Assembly: GCA_016840165.1 (NCBI GenBank)
Contig: JAEOSU010000081.1
Coordinates: forward strand, 1 to 53,751
DNA length: 53,751 bases
Reading direction: 5' to 3'
Source: Promethearchaeota archaeon
Lineage (GTDB): Archaea; Asgardarchaeota; Lokiarchaeia; Sigyniarchaeales; SOKP01
Made by a program: the position numbers and the translations under genes. A model generated the notes under the pieces. It had not been told where the DNA came from, did not search any database, and saw nothing but the letters and a program-made list of their open reading frames with translations. The stretch's first letter is position 1. Each line of letters begins with the position of its first letter. Of this stretch, positions 39,211 through 49,617 are shown in pieces.

Positions 39211-39537
39211 TTACTTATAATCTGTTCTTGAGGGATTAAAAACATCAATCACTTCTGTATCTTCCATAATAGTAGCTCCATGTTTCTCATTTGATTGAAA
39301 AATATAACTATCACCCTCTTGTACAATAAAATCTCCAAATTCTGTGATAAATTTCATTTTTCCTTTAATAACATAACCTACTTGATGTTCTTTATGTTTA
39401 TGTAATGGCAATTTCGAGTCCTTTTTGAGAATAAAATGACAAAGCATCAGATCATTATTAAAGCATAATGTTCTTCTATATATTCCCTTTAACATTTTAA
39501 CTGGTTGAATTTCATTTAATCTTTTTAAATTATTCAT
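39211..39537 (-). CDS. cupin-domain protein
   Basis: PLHKHKEHQVGYV, GDSY....NEKHG, and IDVFNPSR. Confidence 0.88.
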   Translation of the reverse strand: MNNLKRLNEIQPVKMLKGIYRRTLCFNNDLMLCHFILKKDSKLPLHKHKEHQVGYVIKGKMKFITEFGDFIVQEGDSYIFQSNEKHGATIMEDTEVIDVFNPSRTDYK

Positions 39538-39935
39538 TTTGAAATCACTTATTGTATTTTAATTATGATATTTATCACTAAATTTAAAACCATAGGTGTA
39601 AAAATCATAAAATCGGCAATGACGACATTTTTATATTTTCATTGGGATTACTTGAAAGAGGAGTATATTTAACGAATGACTATGTTAGCGATTAAGCATT
39701 TGTATCAAGGAGATTATCAAGACTCTCACGATAATATATTCAATTGATAAAATAAATTTAAATTGGAAAGATAAATAAATTTTTATATCAGAAAAGGTTA
39801 AATATTAACCATAATGACTAACTAATTAGTCAAGTATTTCGGTTCAGATAGCCGACAAATTTAGTTAATATTTTTGCCTTATTGTAACATTCTATGATAT
39901 GAAAGCAATACATAGGTTAAGAGTGAGATATTATT

Positions 39936-42062
39936 ATGGTTCTAATACCGGAACATAAATTGTCTAAAAACAGAAAAGAATTAAGGAACTATTATTTAAA
40001 AACACTATTACCGAGAGTTTTCAGAACTGAAGGTGATGTTGTTCCCTTTGATCCTTTAAAAATCGAGGAAAGTCTCACTAAAGAAACTGGTTTAGATCAA
40101 GTTGTAGCTCATCAAATAACTGAATTAACTGTTAGAAGAATCATCTCTTCAGGTATAAAGTTTCTTTCAGGTCCTCATATCCGAGAAATTGTATGTTCGA
40201 TTTTGTCAGAAGAGCATTTTGAAGAAGAGAGAAAACTTTATACAAGGATCGGTATGCCTTTAATGGATTACGAGGCAATATTAGAAGATGGAATCGATGA
40301 GAATGCAAATCAGGATATGAATCCAGAGAGCATTCATCATTGGGCAGCAAATAGAATTTCTGATGAATATGCTCTTTTAAGAATATTAGATTCGGAAGAA
40401 GCTCATGCTCATCTATATGGGGATATTCATGTCCATATGCTTCGTTATTTCGATTTAAGACCCTTTTGCCAGGAATGGGATCCAAGAATGATATTAGAAC
40501 ATGGACTTCCCCCTGTAGATAGTTGGGCTCATTGTAATAAATCAGGTCCCGCAGGAAGCTTACGTGTGGCAGTGACTCATCTTGCAAAATGGCTTGGAAT
40601 AATTCAAGGAGAATTTAGTGGTGGTCAAGGTTATGATTACATAACCACCTTTTTAGCCCCTTATGCTAAAGGAATTTCTCAGAAAGAGATAGAACAATCA
40701 ATGCAATGTCTGATTTATGAAACTAATCAGATATTCGCGGCAAGAGGTGGTCAAGTACCATTTACTTCAATATCTTGTACTCCAACTGTACCAGATGGTC
40801 TGCTAGATATACCTGCTATTGGCCCTTATGGGAAAGTTATTGGAAGATATGGGGATTATAAGGAAGATTGCCTTAGGTTGTTTGATGCCTTAACTAAGGT
40901 GTATACAGAGGGAGATTATAATGGAAAGTTATTTGCATTCCCGAAACATGAAATAAAGATAAAAAAGGAATGGTTGGATCAGTTTGAATCTTCATTTCTA
41001 AAAGTAATGGAAGAGGCTGCTACAATGGGTACTCCTTACTTTCTTAATATGTGTCCTGATTGGATGCCTGATGAAATACATAGTCAATGTTGTAGAAAAT
41101 TTCTTAGTGGAGATCAAATTGTTAGCAGATGTATTTTAGATCCTGAAAAAAGAAAAAATGCAAATGTATGGGAGAATTATGTAACAATAGGCTCACTTCA
41201 AAGTGTCAGCCTAAATCTTCCCAGATATGCATACATTGCAAAAAACGAAGAAGACTATTTTAATGTTTTAAATAAAAAAATGGAATTGAGTGCCAGAATT
41301 TTAAAAAAGAAATGGAATTTGATGGAAAGACGTCTTAAATCGGGACATTTACCATTATGTAGCGGTAAAATCAAAGGTCAATCGATTTTTAAACTTAAGG
41401 ATCAGAATCTTTCAATTGGATATACTGGATTAAACGAAGCCGTTAAATTCATTATCGGATTTGAACTACATGAAAATAGTACAGCTTATAATTTTGGAAA
41501 AAAAATATTAGAATATATGGTTGCTAAATGCAATTCGATGACTGAGAGAGATAATAAGACTTACTCTCTGTGGCAACAACCTGCGGAATCAACTGCAAGA
41601 AGATTAGCCTTATTAGATTTAAAGCATTTTCCAAAGCAGGCTATACCTCGATCAGAAGGTTTATCTGTTTACTATACTAATTCAGATCATATTAGATATG
41701 ACGCTAATATCCCTCTGTCAAAAAGAATACAGTTACAAGGAGATTACCATCCTATCGTAAGTGGTGGTGTTATTACTCATATATGGTTAGGAGAGCAGAA
41801 ACCTGATGTTAAAGGATTATGGGAACTCACAAAAAATATTTGTCTTAATACAAATACCGCCTACTTTGCATATACCATCGATTTTACTTACTGCTCTCAG
41901 TGTAGAAAGATGTTTAGAGGCGGAAAGTGGACTTGTCCTCAATGTCATTCCAACGAGGTTAAAGTATATTCTCGAATAACTGGATATTACAGCGAGGTTA
42001 ATAGATACAATCCTGGAAAACGTGCAGAATGGGAGTCACGTAAGAGAGAAAAACTAAGTTAA
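39936..42062 (+). CDS. nrdD: class III anaerobic ribonucleoside-triphosphate reductase with ATP-cone
   Basis: ATP-cone (FDPLKIEESL), SGGQG, RGGQVPFTS, finger-loop CC, YYTNS, CSQC/CPQC, and glycyl-radical motif RITGYYS. Confidence 0.95.
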   Translation: MVLIPEHKLSKNRKELRNYYLKTLLPRVFRTEGDVVPFDPLKIEESLTKETGLDQVVAHQITELTVRRIISSGIKFLSGPHIREIVCSILSEEHFEEERKLYTRIGMPLMDYEAILEDGIDENANQDMNPESIHHWAANRISDEYALLRILDSEEAHAHLYGDIHVHMLRYFDLRPFCQEWDPRMILEHGLPPVDSWAHCNKSGPAGSLRVAVTHLAKWLGIIQGEFSGGQGYDYITTFLAPYAKGISQKEIEQSMQCLIYETNQIFAARGGQVPFTSISCTPTVPDGLLDIPAIGPYGKVIGRYGDYKEDCLRLFDALTKVYTEGDYNGKLFAFPKHEIKIKKEWLDQFESSFLKVMEEAATMGTPYFLNMCPDWMPDEIHSQCCRKFLSGDQIVSRCILDPEKRKNANVWENYVTIGSLQSVSLNLPRYAYIAKNEEDYFNVLNKKMELSARILKKKWNLMERRLKSGHLPLCSGKIKGQSIFKLKDQNLSIGYTGLNEAVKFIIGFELHENSTAYNFGKKILEYMVAKCNSMTERDNKTYSLWQQPAESTARRLALLDLKHFPKQAIPRSEGLSVYYTNSDHIRYDANIPLSKRIQLQGDYHPIVSGGVITHIWLGEQKPDVKGLWELTKNICLNTNTAYFAYTIDFTYCSQCRKMFRGGKWTCPQCHSNEVKVYSRITGYYSEVNRYNPGKRAEWESRKREKLS

Positions 42063-42107
42063 CATAAACTTGCTTTATTTAAATACGTCTATGAATTAAC
42101 TTTAAAT

Positions 42108-42428
42108 ATGCCTAAAAAGTTAACTTTAGATAACATTCAAAATCTAGTTGAAGAATGGATACATAAACATGGGGGTTATTGGACCCCTCTCTCCATGCTG
42201 AGTGCTGCTATGGAGGAACTAGGGGAAATTTCGAGAGAGATCAACCATTTAGAAGGTTTTAAACCAAAAAAGGAGCAGATAAAACATAACATACATTTAG
42301 ATGAAGAACTTGCAGATCTCATTTTTAGTGTGATTTGTATCGCTAATTATTATAACATTAATTTAAGTACAAGTTTTCATAAAATTATAGAAAAATATTC
42401 TAAGAGAGACTCAAAAAGATTTGATTAA
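42108..42428 (+). CDS. MazG-like nucleotide pyrophosphohydrolase (YpjD-like)
   Basis: EELGEISREINH and EELADL. Confidence 0.88.
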   Translation: MPKKLTLDNIQNLVEEWIHKHGGYWTPLSMLSAAMEELGEISREINHLEGFKPKKEQIKHNIHLDEELADLIFSVICIANYYNINLSTSFHKIIEKYSKRDSKRFD

Positions 42429-42500
42429 AGAATTTTCTGCAAAATTTTAATTGTTTAGATCTTTTTCCTTTATGAGAGTTATTTTAAAATTAAGTATAGG

Positions 42501-43680
42501 TATGTTAAAGCAAGGATTAGAGAAGGAAAAAATACTTAGGTTAATTGATGAAAAACTTGAGTTAGACCATAAATATGATGATGGATCAATTTTAGGTTCG
42601 ATGTGTACAGAACCTTTAGAGTTTGGAAGAGAAATATACCTAAAGTATCTATCTAAGAACCTTGGTGATCCCGGATTATTCCAAGGTACAGCGAATCTTG
42701 AAAAAGAAATTGTTTCTGAACTTGGAGAATTATTCGGAGAGAAAAATGTTATTGGAACCTTAACGACTGGTGGTTCAGAGGCAAACCTTATTGCAATGAG
42801 GATCGCTAAGAAATTACGTCCTGATATAAAAAAACCTGAAGTTGTTGTTCCTATATCTGCACACATTTCATTTGATAAAGCCGCTGATTTGTTAGATATA
42901 AAATTAAGGAAAGCAAGATTGCTTGAAAATTATGAATTAGATTTAAATCATTACAAGAAATTAATAAATGAGAAAACATGTGGAGTAATTGGAGTGGCAG
43001 GAACCACTTCATTAGGTTTGATAGATCCCATCGAAAATATAGGAGATTTAATAGAAGGGAAAAATATCTATTTTCACGTTGATGCCGCATTTGGGGGCTT
43101 TGTTTTACCGTTTTTAAAATATTTAAAATATGATATTGAACCATGGGACTTTTCTGTTAAAACTGTTAGCTCAATCACAGCAGATCCCCATAAAATGGGG
43201 TTAGGAGTAATTCCTACAGGCGGATTTTTAGTACGTAATTCCCAGATTCTGCAAAAAACAGGATTTGAAATTCCTTATTTGGCGGGGGGAAATTTTAAAC
43301 ATTTTCATATCGTAGGTACCAGACCCGGTGGAACTGTGATATCATTCTGGGCAATAATGAAATATCTTGGTTTGAATGGATATATTAATATTGTTAAGAG
43401 ATGTATGGAAAAAACTCATTTCTTATCAAAAAAAATTGCTGAACTGGGTGGAGTCAGATTAGCGGTTCAACCAAAAATGAATGTTGTTGGAATAACGACA
43501 GAAAATGGAGAAAGCATCTGTAAAATCGACGAGGAACTTAGGAAAAAAAATTGGATGTTGGGAAAGTTTCAAGATTTTAATTTAATCAGAGTGGTGGTAA
43601 TGCCACATGTTAAGAAAGAACATTTAACCTTATTTATTGAAGATTTAAAGAAAATCATAAAAAAGATTGGGTTGGCTTAA
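42501..43680 (+). CDS. mfnA: PLP-dependent tyrosine/aspartate decarboxylase MfnA
   Basis: ILGSMCT, NLGDPGLF, GGSEAN, HVDAAFGG, DPHKMG, and GTRPG. Start probably at ATG about 42502 (the ORF is open from 42451). Confidence 0.92.
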
Positions 43681-43948
43681 GAATTTAATTTGAATTTCTT
43701 CAATATTAATGGTTTATTTCAATATTAGAAGTGTTTCTTGGTTAAAAAATCTGGTTTCAAGCAATAAACCAATTGCTTGTATAATAATGGCTATTTATAT
43801 ATAAAATCACTACCTTCTTTTCCAATAATTCTAATTATAGAAATAGTTAATAAAGAAGAATTGTATAATATTCTTCTGAAATATATTTATAAAACAAAAA
43901 ATAAATTAATTATTAGGGTTAAAATTCTCATAAAAAATGAAATAGAGA

Positions 43949-44752
43949 ATGGCTAAAGATAAAAAGAAGTCTATTGGAATTAAAACTACGAGATACTACA
44001 CAAAAACATGTAGTAAATGTAAATTTGAATATCCCAACTGGTTTACAAATTGTCCGAAATGTGGAGTGGCATGGGATGAGGGAGATTTAGAAGAAGCAGC
44101 TATCAAAGGTGAAACTCCCAAAAAGACCATTAAAATCGTGGTAAAAATCACAGAGGAGGATTTTGATGAATCAATAGGGAATGTAAAATTAATCTTTAGC
44201 GCAGATCAAGGAAATAATTGGTACCAAATTGATATGGAAAATAAGGAAGAATACTTTATCGCAGAAATTTTAGAAGTACCAATAGGATCAATTATTATTT
44301 ACTATATTGAAGTTTTATTACAGAATATGGAAAAAGTTATTGAAAATAATGAAGGAAAGTATTATTATTATAAAGTGGGAACGACTATCGAGCAAGAAGG
44401 GGCGATTCAACGAGAGAATTTTACGTCAGAACCTGTAAAAGAAAAATACTTTGCCACAGGAAGGAATATACCATTATCTCAATCTAATGAATATACTAAA
44501 CCTAAAGTAGCTGAAAAAGTTAATTATTTTAAATCTGAAGAACAACAACCCGTAAAGTTTGTATCATTTAATAAATCCCAGACGGTCATGAAACCAACTG
44601 AAAAACCTAAATATTACCAACCAGAGGATAATTTAACGATTTTTGGAAAACCACAAACTCAGATTGATCCAGATTTAAAAATATGCCCATATTGTAATTC
44701 AAAAATTAAAAAAGTTTGGAGTACTTGTCCTATTTGTGGTAAAGATATTTAA
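43949..44752 (+). CDS. protein with N- and C-terminal zinc ribbons and a central beta-rich domain
   Basis: CSKC...CPKCG and CPYC...CPICG; central YYIEV beta-sandwich-like segment. Confidence 0.7.
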   Translation: MAKDKKKSIGIKTTRYYTKTCSKCKFEYPNWFTNCPKCGVAWDEGDLEEAAIKGETPKKTIKIVVKITEEDFDESIGNVKLIFSADQGNNWYQIDMENKEEYFIAEILEVPIGSIIIYYIEVLLQNMEKVIENNEGKYYYYKVGTTIEQEGAIQRENFTSEPVKEKYFATGRNIPLSQSNEYTKPKVAEKVNYFKSEEQQPVKFVSFNKSQTVMKPTEKPKYYQPEDNLTIFGKPQTQIDPDLKICPYCNSKIKKVWSTCPICGKDI

Positions 44753-44780
44753 AATATCTCAGATTCATTAAAAAACTCAT

Positions 44781-46505
44781 TTATAATTTCGAACCACATT
44801 TATTACAGAATGCATAATCCGATGATAGTGTAGCTCCACATTGTTTACACACTAATAACTCTTTGGATTTTTCTGGTTCTGTTTGTTTATTTTCGGTTTC
44901 AGCTGGTGCAAAGACAGTAAATGATGATGGTTCATTTTCAATATCGGTAACATTAGGGATAATTCTCAAGGTCGAAGATTCTTCTTTAGAAGCTTCTTCT
45001 GAACGTACAAACGGTATCAAGGTATCCCTACTTGTTTCTTCAACAATATCATCGATATTTTGAGAGAGTGTTTGAAATAATGGGTTAGTAGTCAGTGCTT
45101 TTGGCTTCTCCTCTTTTAATTCGCCTTTCTTTTCTTTCTTTGATTTTTTTGACTTTTTCATAGCGTCAATTAATTGTTCCTGTTTTTCTCGAGTTATTTT
45201 TAACTTTTCTTCTTTTTCTTGTTTTTTCTTTTGCTTTAGTAAACGTTTTTTCTTTTTCTTTAAATCTGTTTCTTGGGGCATATAATCTGTTAAAGATTGA
45301 GAAAATGGTCTTTCAGGAGGAATTTCTTGGGTGGGTCCTAAATCCATTGACGCTGGTTTAGGTTTAATTGGCTCTTCTCTTTTAGAAACTCTAAATGGGG
45401 CACTAGAATCCTCTTTTTGAGATGGAATTATGGGTTTTTGGAAACCTTCTGGAGCTGGTACGGGAGAGGGTGTTTTTGAAGAAAAAGGAACAGATTTTGG
45501 TTTGTAATCCTCCGGTGATGATGAGCTGGTTGGTATAGGAAAAGAAGGAGTTATGGATTCTAGCTGTTCATTTTTGTTGATTTGGGATAAGATTTCTTCA
45601 GGAGTTTTAAATTCTATTTCCTTAGACTCTGGAGTTTTAATCTCAGGTTTTCCTTGTAATTCTATTTTTGGTTCTGGAACAGGAGGCGCTTCAAATTCAA
45701 ATTCTGGTTCTTTACTCAATGGCTTTATAGGATCGAATTGTTTTGGAGTTGCGGGTTCTGGAACAGGAGGGGCTTCAAACTCGAATTCTAGTTCTTTACT
45801 CAATGGCTCTATAGGATCGACTTGTTTTGGAGTTGCAGGTTCTGGAACTGGTGGAGCTACATAATCAAATTGAGGTTCTGGAGCAACTATTGGTTTTGAC
45901 GTCATAATAGGTATAGAAAGAGTTACTTGTCCTGGAGGAAATACCGTATTATTGGCTAACAATTGTTTTGGGACGCCTTGTTCGATCATTAAACATGCTA
46001 AGATATAAAAACAATCTCCAACGCCATCTCCTGTTTTTGCTGAGGTTTCCATATAATATAAATTGAAATCTTTAGTAAATTGATTTATTTCTTTAATAGA
46101 GATCGTTCTCTGATCCATAAGATCACTTTTATTTCCTACAAGTAATAAAGGGATTTCATTCTTGATATTCGCTCTTACCTCTTCGATCCATTGAGGTAAA
46201 TGTTCAAAACTTGCATAATTTGTTAAATCAAATACTAAAACTGCTCCTAATGATCCCCTATAATACATAGGTCTTATTGAACTGAATCGTTCTTGACCAC
46301 CTGTATCCCAGAGTTGGAGTTTACACCGTATTGAACCCTCTTCAGTGTCTAATTCAATTGTTTTTACGTGAAAGTCTACGCCAATAGTCATCTTATAATC
46401 TTCTGTAAAAAAACCTTTTGAAAAACGCAATGTAAGAGCAGTTTTACCTACTCCACCATCCCCCACTACGATTGATTTAAATAGAAAATCATATTCTTCA
46501 GCCAA
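44781..46505 (-). CDS. Rab-like small GTPase with long Pro-rich tail, basic helix and C-terminal zinc ribbon
   Basis: YDFLFKSIVVGDGGVGKT, TIGVDF, KLQLWDTGGQERF, YYRG, NKSD, ETSAK; C-terminal CKQCG...CNKCG. Confidence 0.9.
   Translation of the reverse strand: MAEEYDFLFKSIVVGDGGVGKTALTLRFSKGFFTEDYKMTIGVDFHVKTIELDTEEGSIRCKLQLWDTGGQERFSSIRPMYYRGSLGAVLVFDLTNYASFEHLPQWIEEVRANIKNEIPLLLVGNKSDLMDQRTISIKEINQFTKDFNLYYMETSAKTGDGVGDCFYILACLMIEQGVPKQLLANNTVFPPGQVTLSIPIMTSKPIVAPEPQFDYVAPPVPEPATPKQVDPIEPLSKELEFEFEAPPVPEPATPKQFDPIKPLSKEPEFEFEAPPVPEPKIELQGKPEIKTPESKEIEFKTPEEILSQINKNEQLESITPSFPIPTSSSSPEDYKPKSVPFSSKTPSPVPAPEGFQKPIIPSQKEDSSAPFRVSKREEPIKPKPASMDLGPTQEIPPERPFSQSLTDYMPQETDLKKKKKRLLKQKKKQEKEEKLKITREKQEQLIDAMKKSKKSKKEKKGELKEEKPKALTTNPLFQTLSQNIDDIVEETSRDTLIPFVRSEEASKEESSTLRIIPNVTDIENEPSSFTVFAPAETENKQTEPEKSKELLVCKQCGATLSSDYAFCNKCGSKL
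45670..45857 (-). repeat. 84-bp (28-aa) tandem coding repeat, about 2.2 copies
   Basis: ggttctggaac starts at 45670, 45754 and 45838. The unit encodes APPVPEPATPKQ.DPI.PLSKE.EFEFE. Confidence 0.9.
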
Positions 46506-46731
46506 TTGAGATCAACCATCATTCAAGATTTTTTTTATAATACCATCAATTTTTACTTTCTCTTTAAGTTAATATAATAAATATAAATTTAATTAATTAT
46601 ACTTTTGTAAATTTTAAAAGATTGATCTCATCTCAAGTATTAGCATTATGCTCGGAATTCTCAGATATGGATTTTATTCAATTGTTTTATCAATATGGAT
46701 AAAATTCAGCTGGTGATATTAATATCTAAAA

Positions 46732-47622
46732 TTACTGCTTCATTTTATAGCTATTAATTTCTTTAAACGATTGACTTGTAGCCCATTTTTTAATTTCTTC
46801 TAACTCATCAGAAGGAAATTCATAAGAATGAATTAAATCTGGATATTTCTCCTCTTCTACTTCCCATTTATATTTTTTAATAGCATTTTGCATTCGATCG
46901 CCAAGATTTTCAAAATATTTGAGAAACTTGGGTTTAAAATCTGTGAAAATTCCTAACATATCATGAATGACCAGAATTTGACCATCACAATATGGACCCG
47001 CCCCAATACCGATAGTTGGGATATCGAGCGATTGTGTAATTATTTTTGCTATTTGCCAGGGGATGCTCTCAAGAACTATTGAAAAAACGCCTGCATTTTG
47101 AAGATTCTGAGCAGCAATAATTAAATTTTTGGCAGTTTCAACCGTTTTTCCTTGTACAAGAAACCCTCCAATCTGATAAATCGCCTGCGGTGTCAATCCA
47201 ATATGTCCCATAACTTGAATATCTGCCTTTATCATTGCTTCAATTATTGGAATAATTTCTGTTCCTCCTTCTACTTTAACTGCTTCTGCTCCACCTTCTT
47301 GAATAAACCTTCCTGCATTTTTTACCGCTTCATTTATATCGATTTTATAAGATAGGAAAGGCATATCACCTACTATCATAGCATTATCTACTGCTCGAGA
47401 GACTGCTTTAGTGTGATGAATCATCTCATCCATAGTGACTGCCAAGGTATTATTATATCCTAAAACCACCATTGAAAGAGAATCTCCGACCAAAATTAAA
47501 TCAATACCACATTGGTCAACTATTTTGGCGAATGCGTAATCATATGAAGTCAATGTAACTATTTTTTCTCCATTTTTCTTTTTTTCAATTATTTTATTGG
47601 CAGTAACTTTTTGTAAAGACAT
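46732..47622 (-). CDS. panB: 3-methyl-2-oxobutanoate hydroxymethyltransferase
   Basis: LTSYD, LVGDSL, GDMPF, VKVEGG, GHIGLTPQ, and IGIGAG...DGQILV. Confidence 0.96.
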   Translation of the reverse strand: MSLQKVTANKIIEKKKNGEKIVTLTSYDYAFAKIVDQCGIDLILVGDSLSMVVLGYNNTLAVTMDEMIHHTKAVSRAVDNAMIVGDMPFLSYKIDINEAVKNAGRFIQEGGAEAVKVEGGTEIIPIIEAMIKADIQVMGHIGLTPQAIYQIGGFLVQGKTVETAKNLIIAAQNLQNAGVFSIVLESIPWQIAKIITQSLDIPTIGIGAGPYCDGQILVIHDMLGIFTDFKPKFLKYFENLGDRMQNAIKKYKWEVEEEKYPDLIHSYEFPSDELEEIKKWATSQSFKEINSYKMKQ

Positions 47623-47804
47623 ATTTTGAATTAACTATCCTCCTTTGAAAAAGATTGTGAATATATTATTTTATTTTTATTTTAATTTTCTTCTTTTAAT
47701 ACGAGAAGAGATTTCTATGAGATTATAAGAATCAATATCAATAAGATTTTTTAATGTAAAATTCATTAAATTACACTAATAATAGATTATGAGTTTTTTT
47801 TAAG

Positions 47805-48830
47805 ATGGATGTGAAAGAGATTGATTATTATTCATTAGGTTTCGAATTTATTGAAACTAAATCTATGTATATTTCTGACTATAAAGATGGAAAATGGGAT
47901 GAAGGTCAACTCGTTCCTTTCGGTAATTTTGAAATCTCTCCAGCAGCATGTATATTAAATTATGGGCAAGGAATTTTCGAAGGGATGAAAGCCTATAGAA
48001 CTAAAAAGGGAGAAATTGTTCTTTTTAGACCTGAAGAAAATGCTAAGAGATTTAATAATAGTGCTGATAGAATGCTTATGCCTAATTATGATACGTCAAG
48101 ATTTCTTGAAGCTATAAAAAAGGTAGTTAAAGCGAACGAAGAATATATACCTCCTTACGACAGCGGAGGGGCTTTATATATACGCCCCTTAATGATTGGA
48201 AGTGGTCCTATAGTAGGAGTGAAACCCGCTTATGAATATAAATTCATTATTTTTACTGTACCTGTAGGTCCCTATTTTCCTGAAGGTTTCAAAGGAGTGG
48301 ATTTAGAAATCACCAAGGAATATACAAGAGCTGCGCCTGGAGGAACTGGTGCTGCAAAAACATGTTGTAATTATGCTGGTTCTATGTTACCAGCAAAAAT
48401 TACAAAGGATAAAGGTTTTGCTCAAGTAATTTTCTTAGATGCGGTACATATGGAATATATTGAAGAAGTTGGAACAGCTAATTTCTTTGCGATGATAAAT
48501 GGGAATTTAGCTACCCCTCAATCTACTGGAACTATTTTACCGGGGATTATACGAAAATCAATAATGATCTTAGCATCAGAAAAGTTAGGTATAAAAATTG
48601 AAGAACGCGATATTTCATATAAGGAATTATTTAAGGATTCATGTACAGAAGCTTTTTGTAGTGGTACTGCAGCTGTAATTACTCCAATAAAATCTGTCGT
48701 TCTTAATGATAATAAAAGAGTTTTTAGTGAGGGAGAACCAGGAGAGATTACAAGAAAATTATATGAATTATTGACTGGAATCCAACGATTAGATATAGAG
48801 GATGAATTTAATTGGATTGTGAAAGTATAA
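47805..48830 (+). CDS. ilvE: branched-chain amino acid aminotransferase
   Basis: LNYGQGIFEGMKAY, LYIRP, GAAK...NYA, EEVGTANFF, ILPGI, and GTAAVITP. Confidence 0.95.
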   Translation: MDVKEIDYYSLGFEFIETKSMYISDYKDGKWDEGQLVPFGNFEISPAACILNYGQGIFEGMKAYRTKKGEIVLFRPEENAKRFNNSADRMLMPNYDTSRFLEAIKKVVKANEEYIPPYDSGGALYIRPLMIGSGPIVGVKPAYEYKFIIFTVPVGPYFPEGFKGVDLEITKEYTRAAPGGTGAAKTCCNYAGSMLPAKITKDKGFAQVIFLDAVHMEYIEEVGTANFFAMINGNLATPQSTGTILPGIIRKSIMILASEKLGIKIEERDISYKELFKDSCTEAFCSGTAAVITPIKSVVLNDNKRVFSEGEPGEITRKLYELLTGIQRLDIEDEFNWIVKV

Positions 48831-48860
48831 AGAAATTACTTTTTTTAAATCTATTTTCAT

Positions 48861-49379
48861 TTATGGTTTTGCATGTGAAATCTTATTGATTAACATAAAA
48901 AAAGCTTGATTAATATTATAACCTGTTTTTGAAGAGATTTTTATATATTCGAGAACATTTTCATTTTGCTCAGCAATTTGATCAACATAATCGTCGATCA
49001 ATTTGATATTTTCTCGATCCATCAAATCTAATTTATTTCCTAAAAGTAGGATGGGAATATCTCCCAGCTCTTTTAATTTATTAAGCCAATTTAGGATACG
49101 ATCTAATGTACTTAGTCGTGAAAGATCAAATAAAATAAGAGCTGCTAGGGATCCCTCGACAAAATTATCTACAATCTCGCTAAAACGCTTTTGTCCCCCA
49201 AAATCCCATAAAATAAAATTGTATTCGGTTCCATTAACCTGGATGATTTTAGAGAAAAAATCCACACCACGAGTTAATTCATTTTCTTCATCGAAATGAT
49301 TATAGATCAGTCGATTCAGAAATGAGGTCTTTCCTACTCCACCATCCCCCGAAACCACAATCTTTACAGTTTTACGCAT
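48861..49379 (-). CDS. Rab-like small GTPase
   Basis: GDGGVGKT, TRGVDF, WDFGGQ, NKLD, and SSK. Confidence 0.9.
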   Translation of the reverse strand: MRKTVKIVVSGDGGVGKTSFLNRLIYNHFDEENELTRGVDFFSKIIQVNGTEYNFILWDFGGQKRFSEIVDNFVEGSLAALILFDLSRLSTLDRILNWLNKLKELGDIPILLLGNKLDLMDRENIKLIDDYVDQIAEQNENVLEYIKISSKTGYNINQAFFMLINKISHAKP

Positions 49380-49617
49380 AGGTTTTATTAAGTCCTTTCT
49401 AAATTTAAAAGGTTGTTTTTACTATAATTTATGTAATAATAGATCATAATAAAACTTTATTAAAATAGAGGAATTAGATATACTAAATAATGAATTTAGC
49501 TAATATTATCACTAAATTTTATTCTTTTCATAGAAATCATTATTTCACTTGCAAAATATATATAATATTATTTTTTAAAGATAAAGGAAGTATATTTCTA
49601 AACTCTAAATAGATTAA

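Noticed and set aside
45670-45857. Tandem repeat as a CRISPR array or mobile element
   Set aside because: It is an in-frame 84-bp coding duplication without unique spacers. No cas, transposase or integrase gene is in the window.
46671-46706. Hairpin ATTTTATTCA...TGGATAAAAT downstream of panB as an ncRNA or riboswitch
   Set aside because: AT-rich and weak, with no recognisable family motif; at most a 3' UTR structure.
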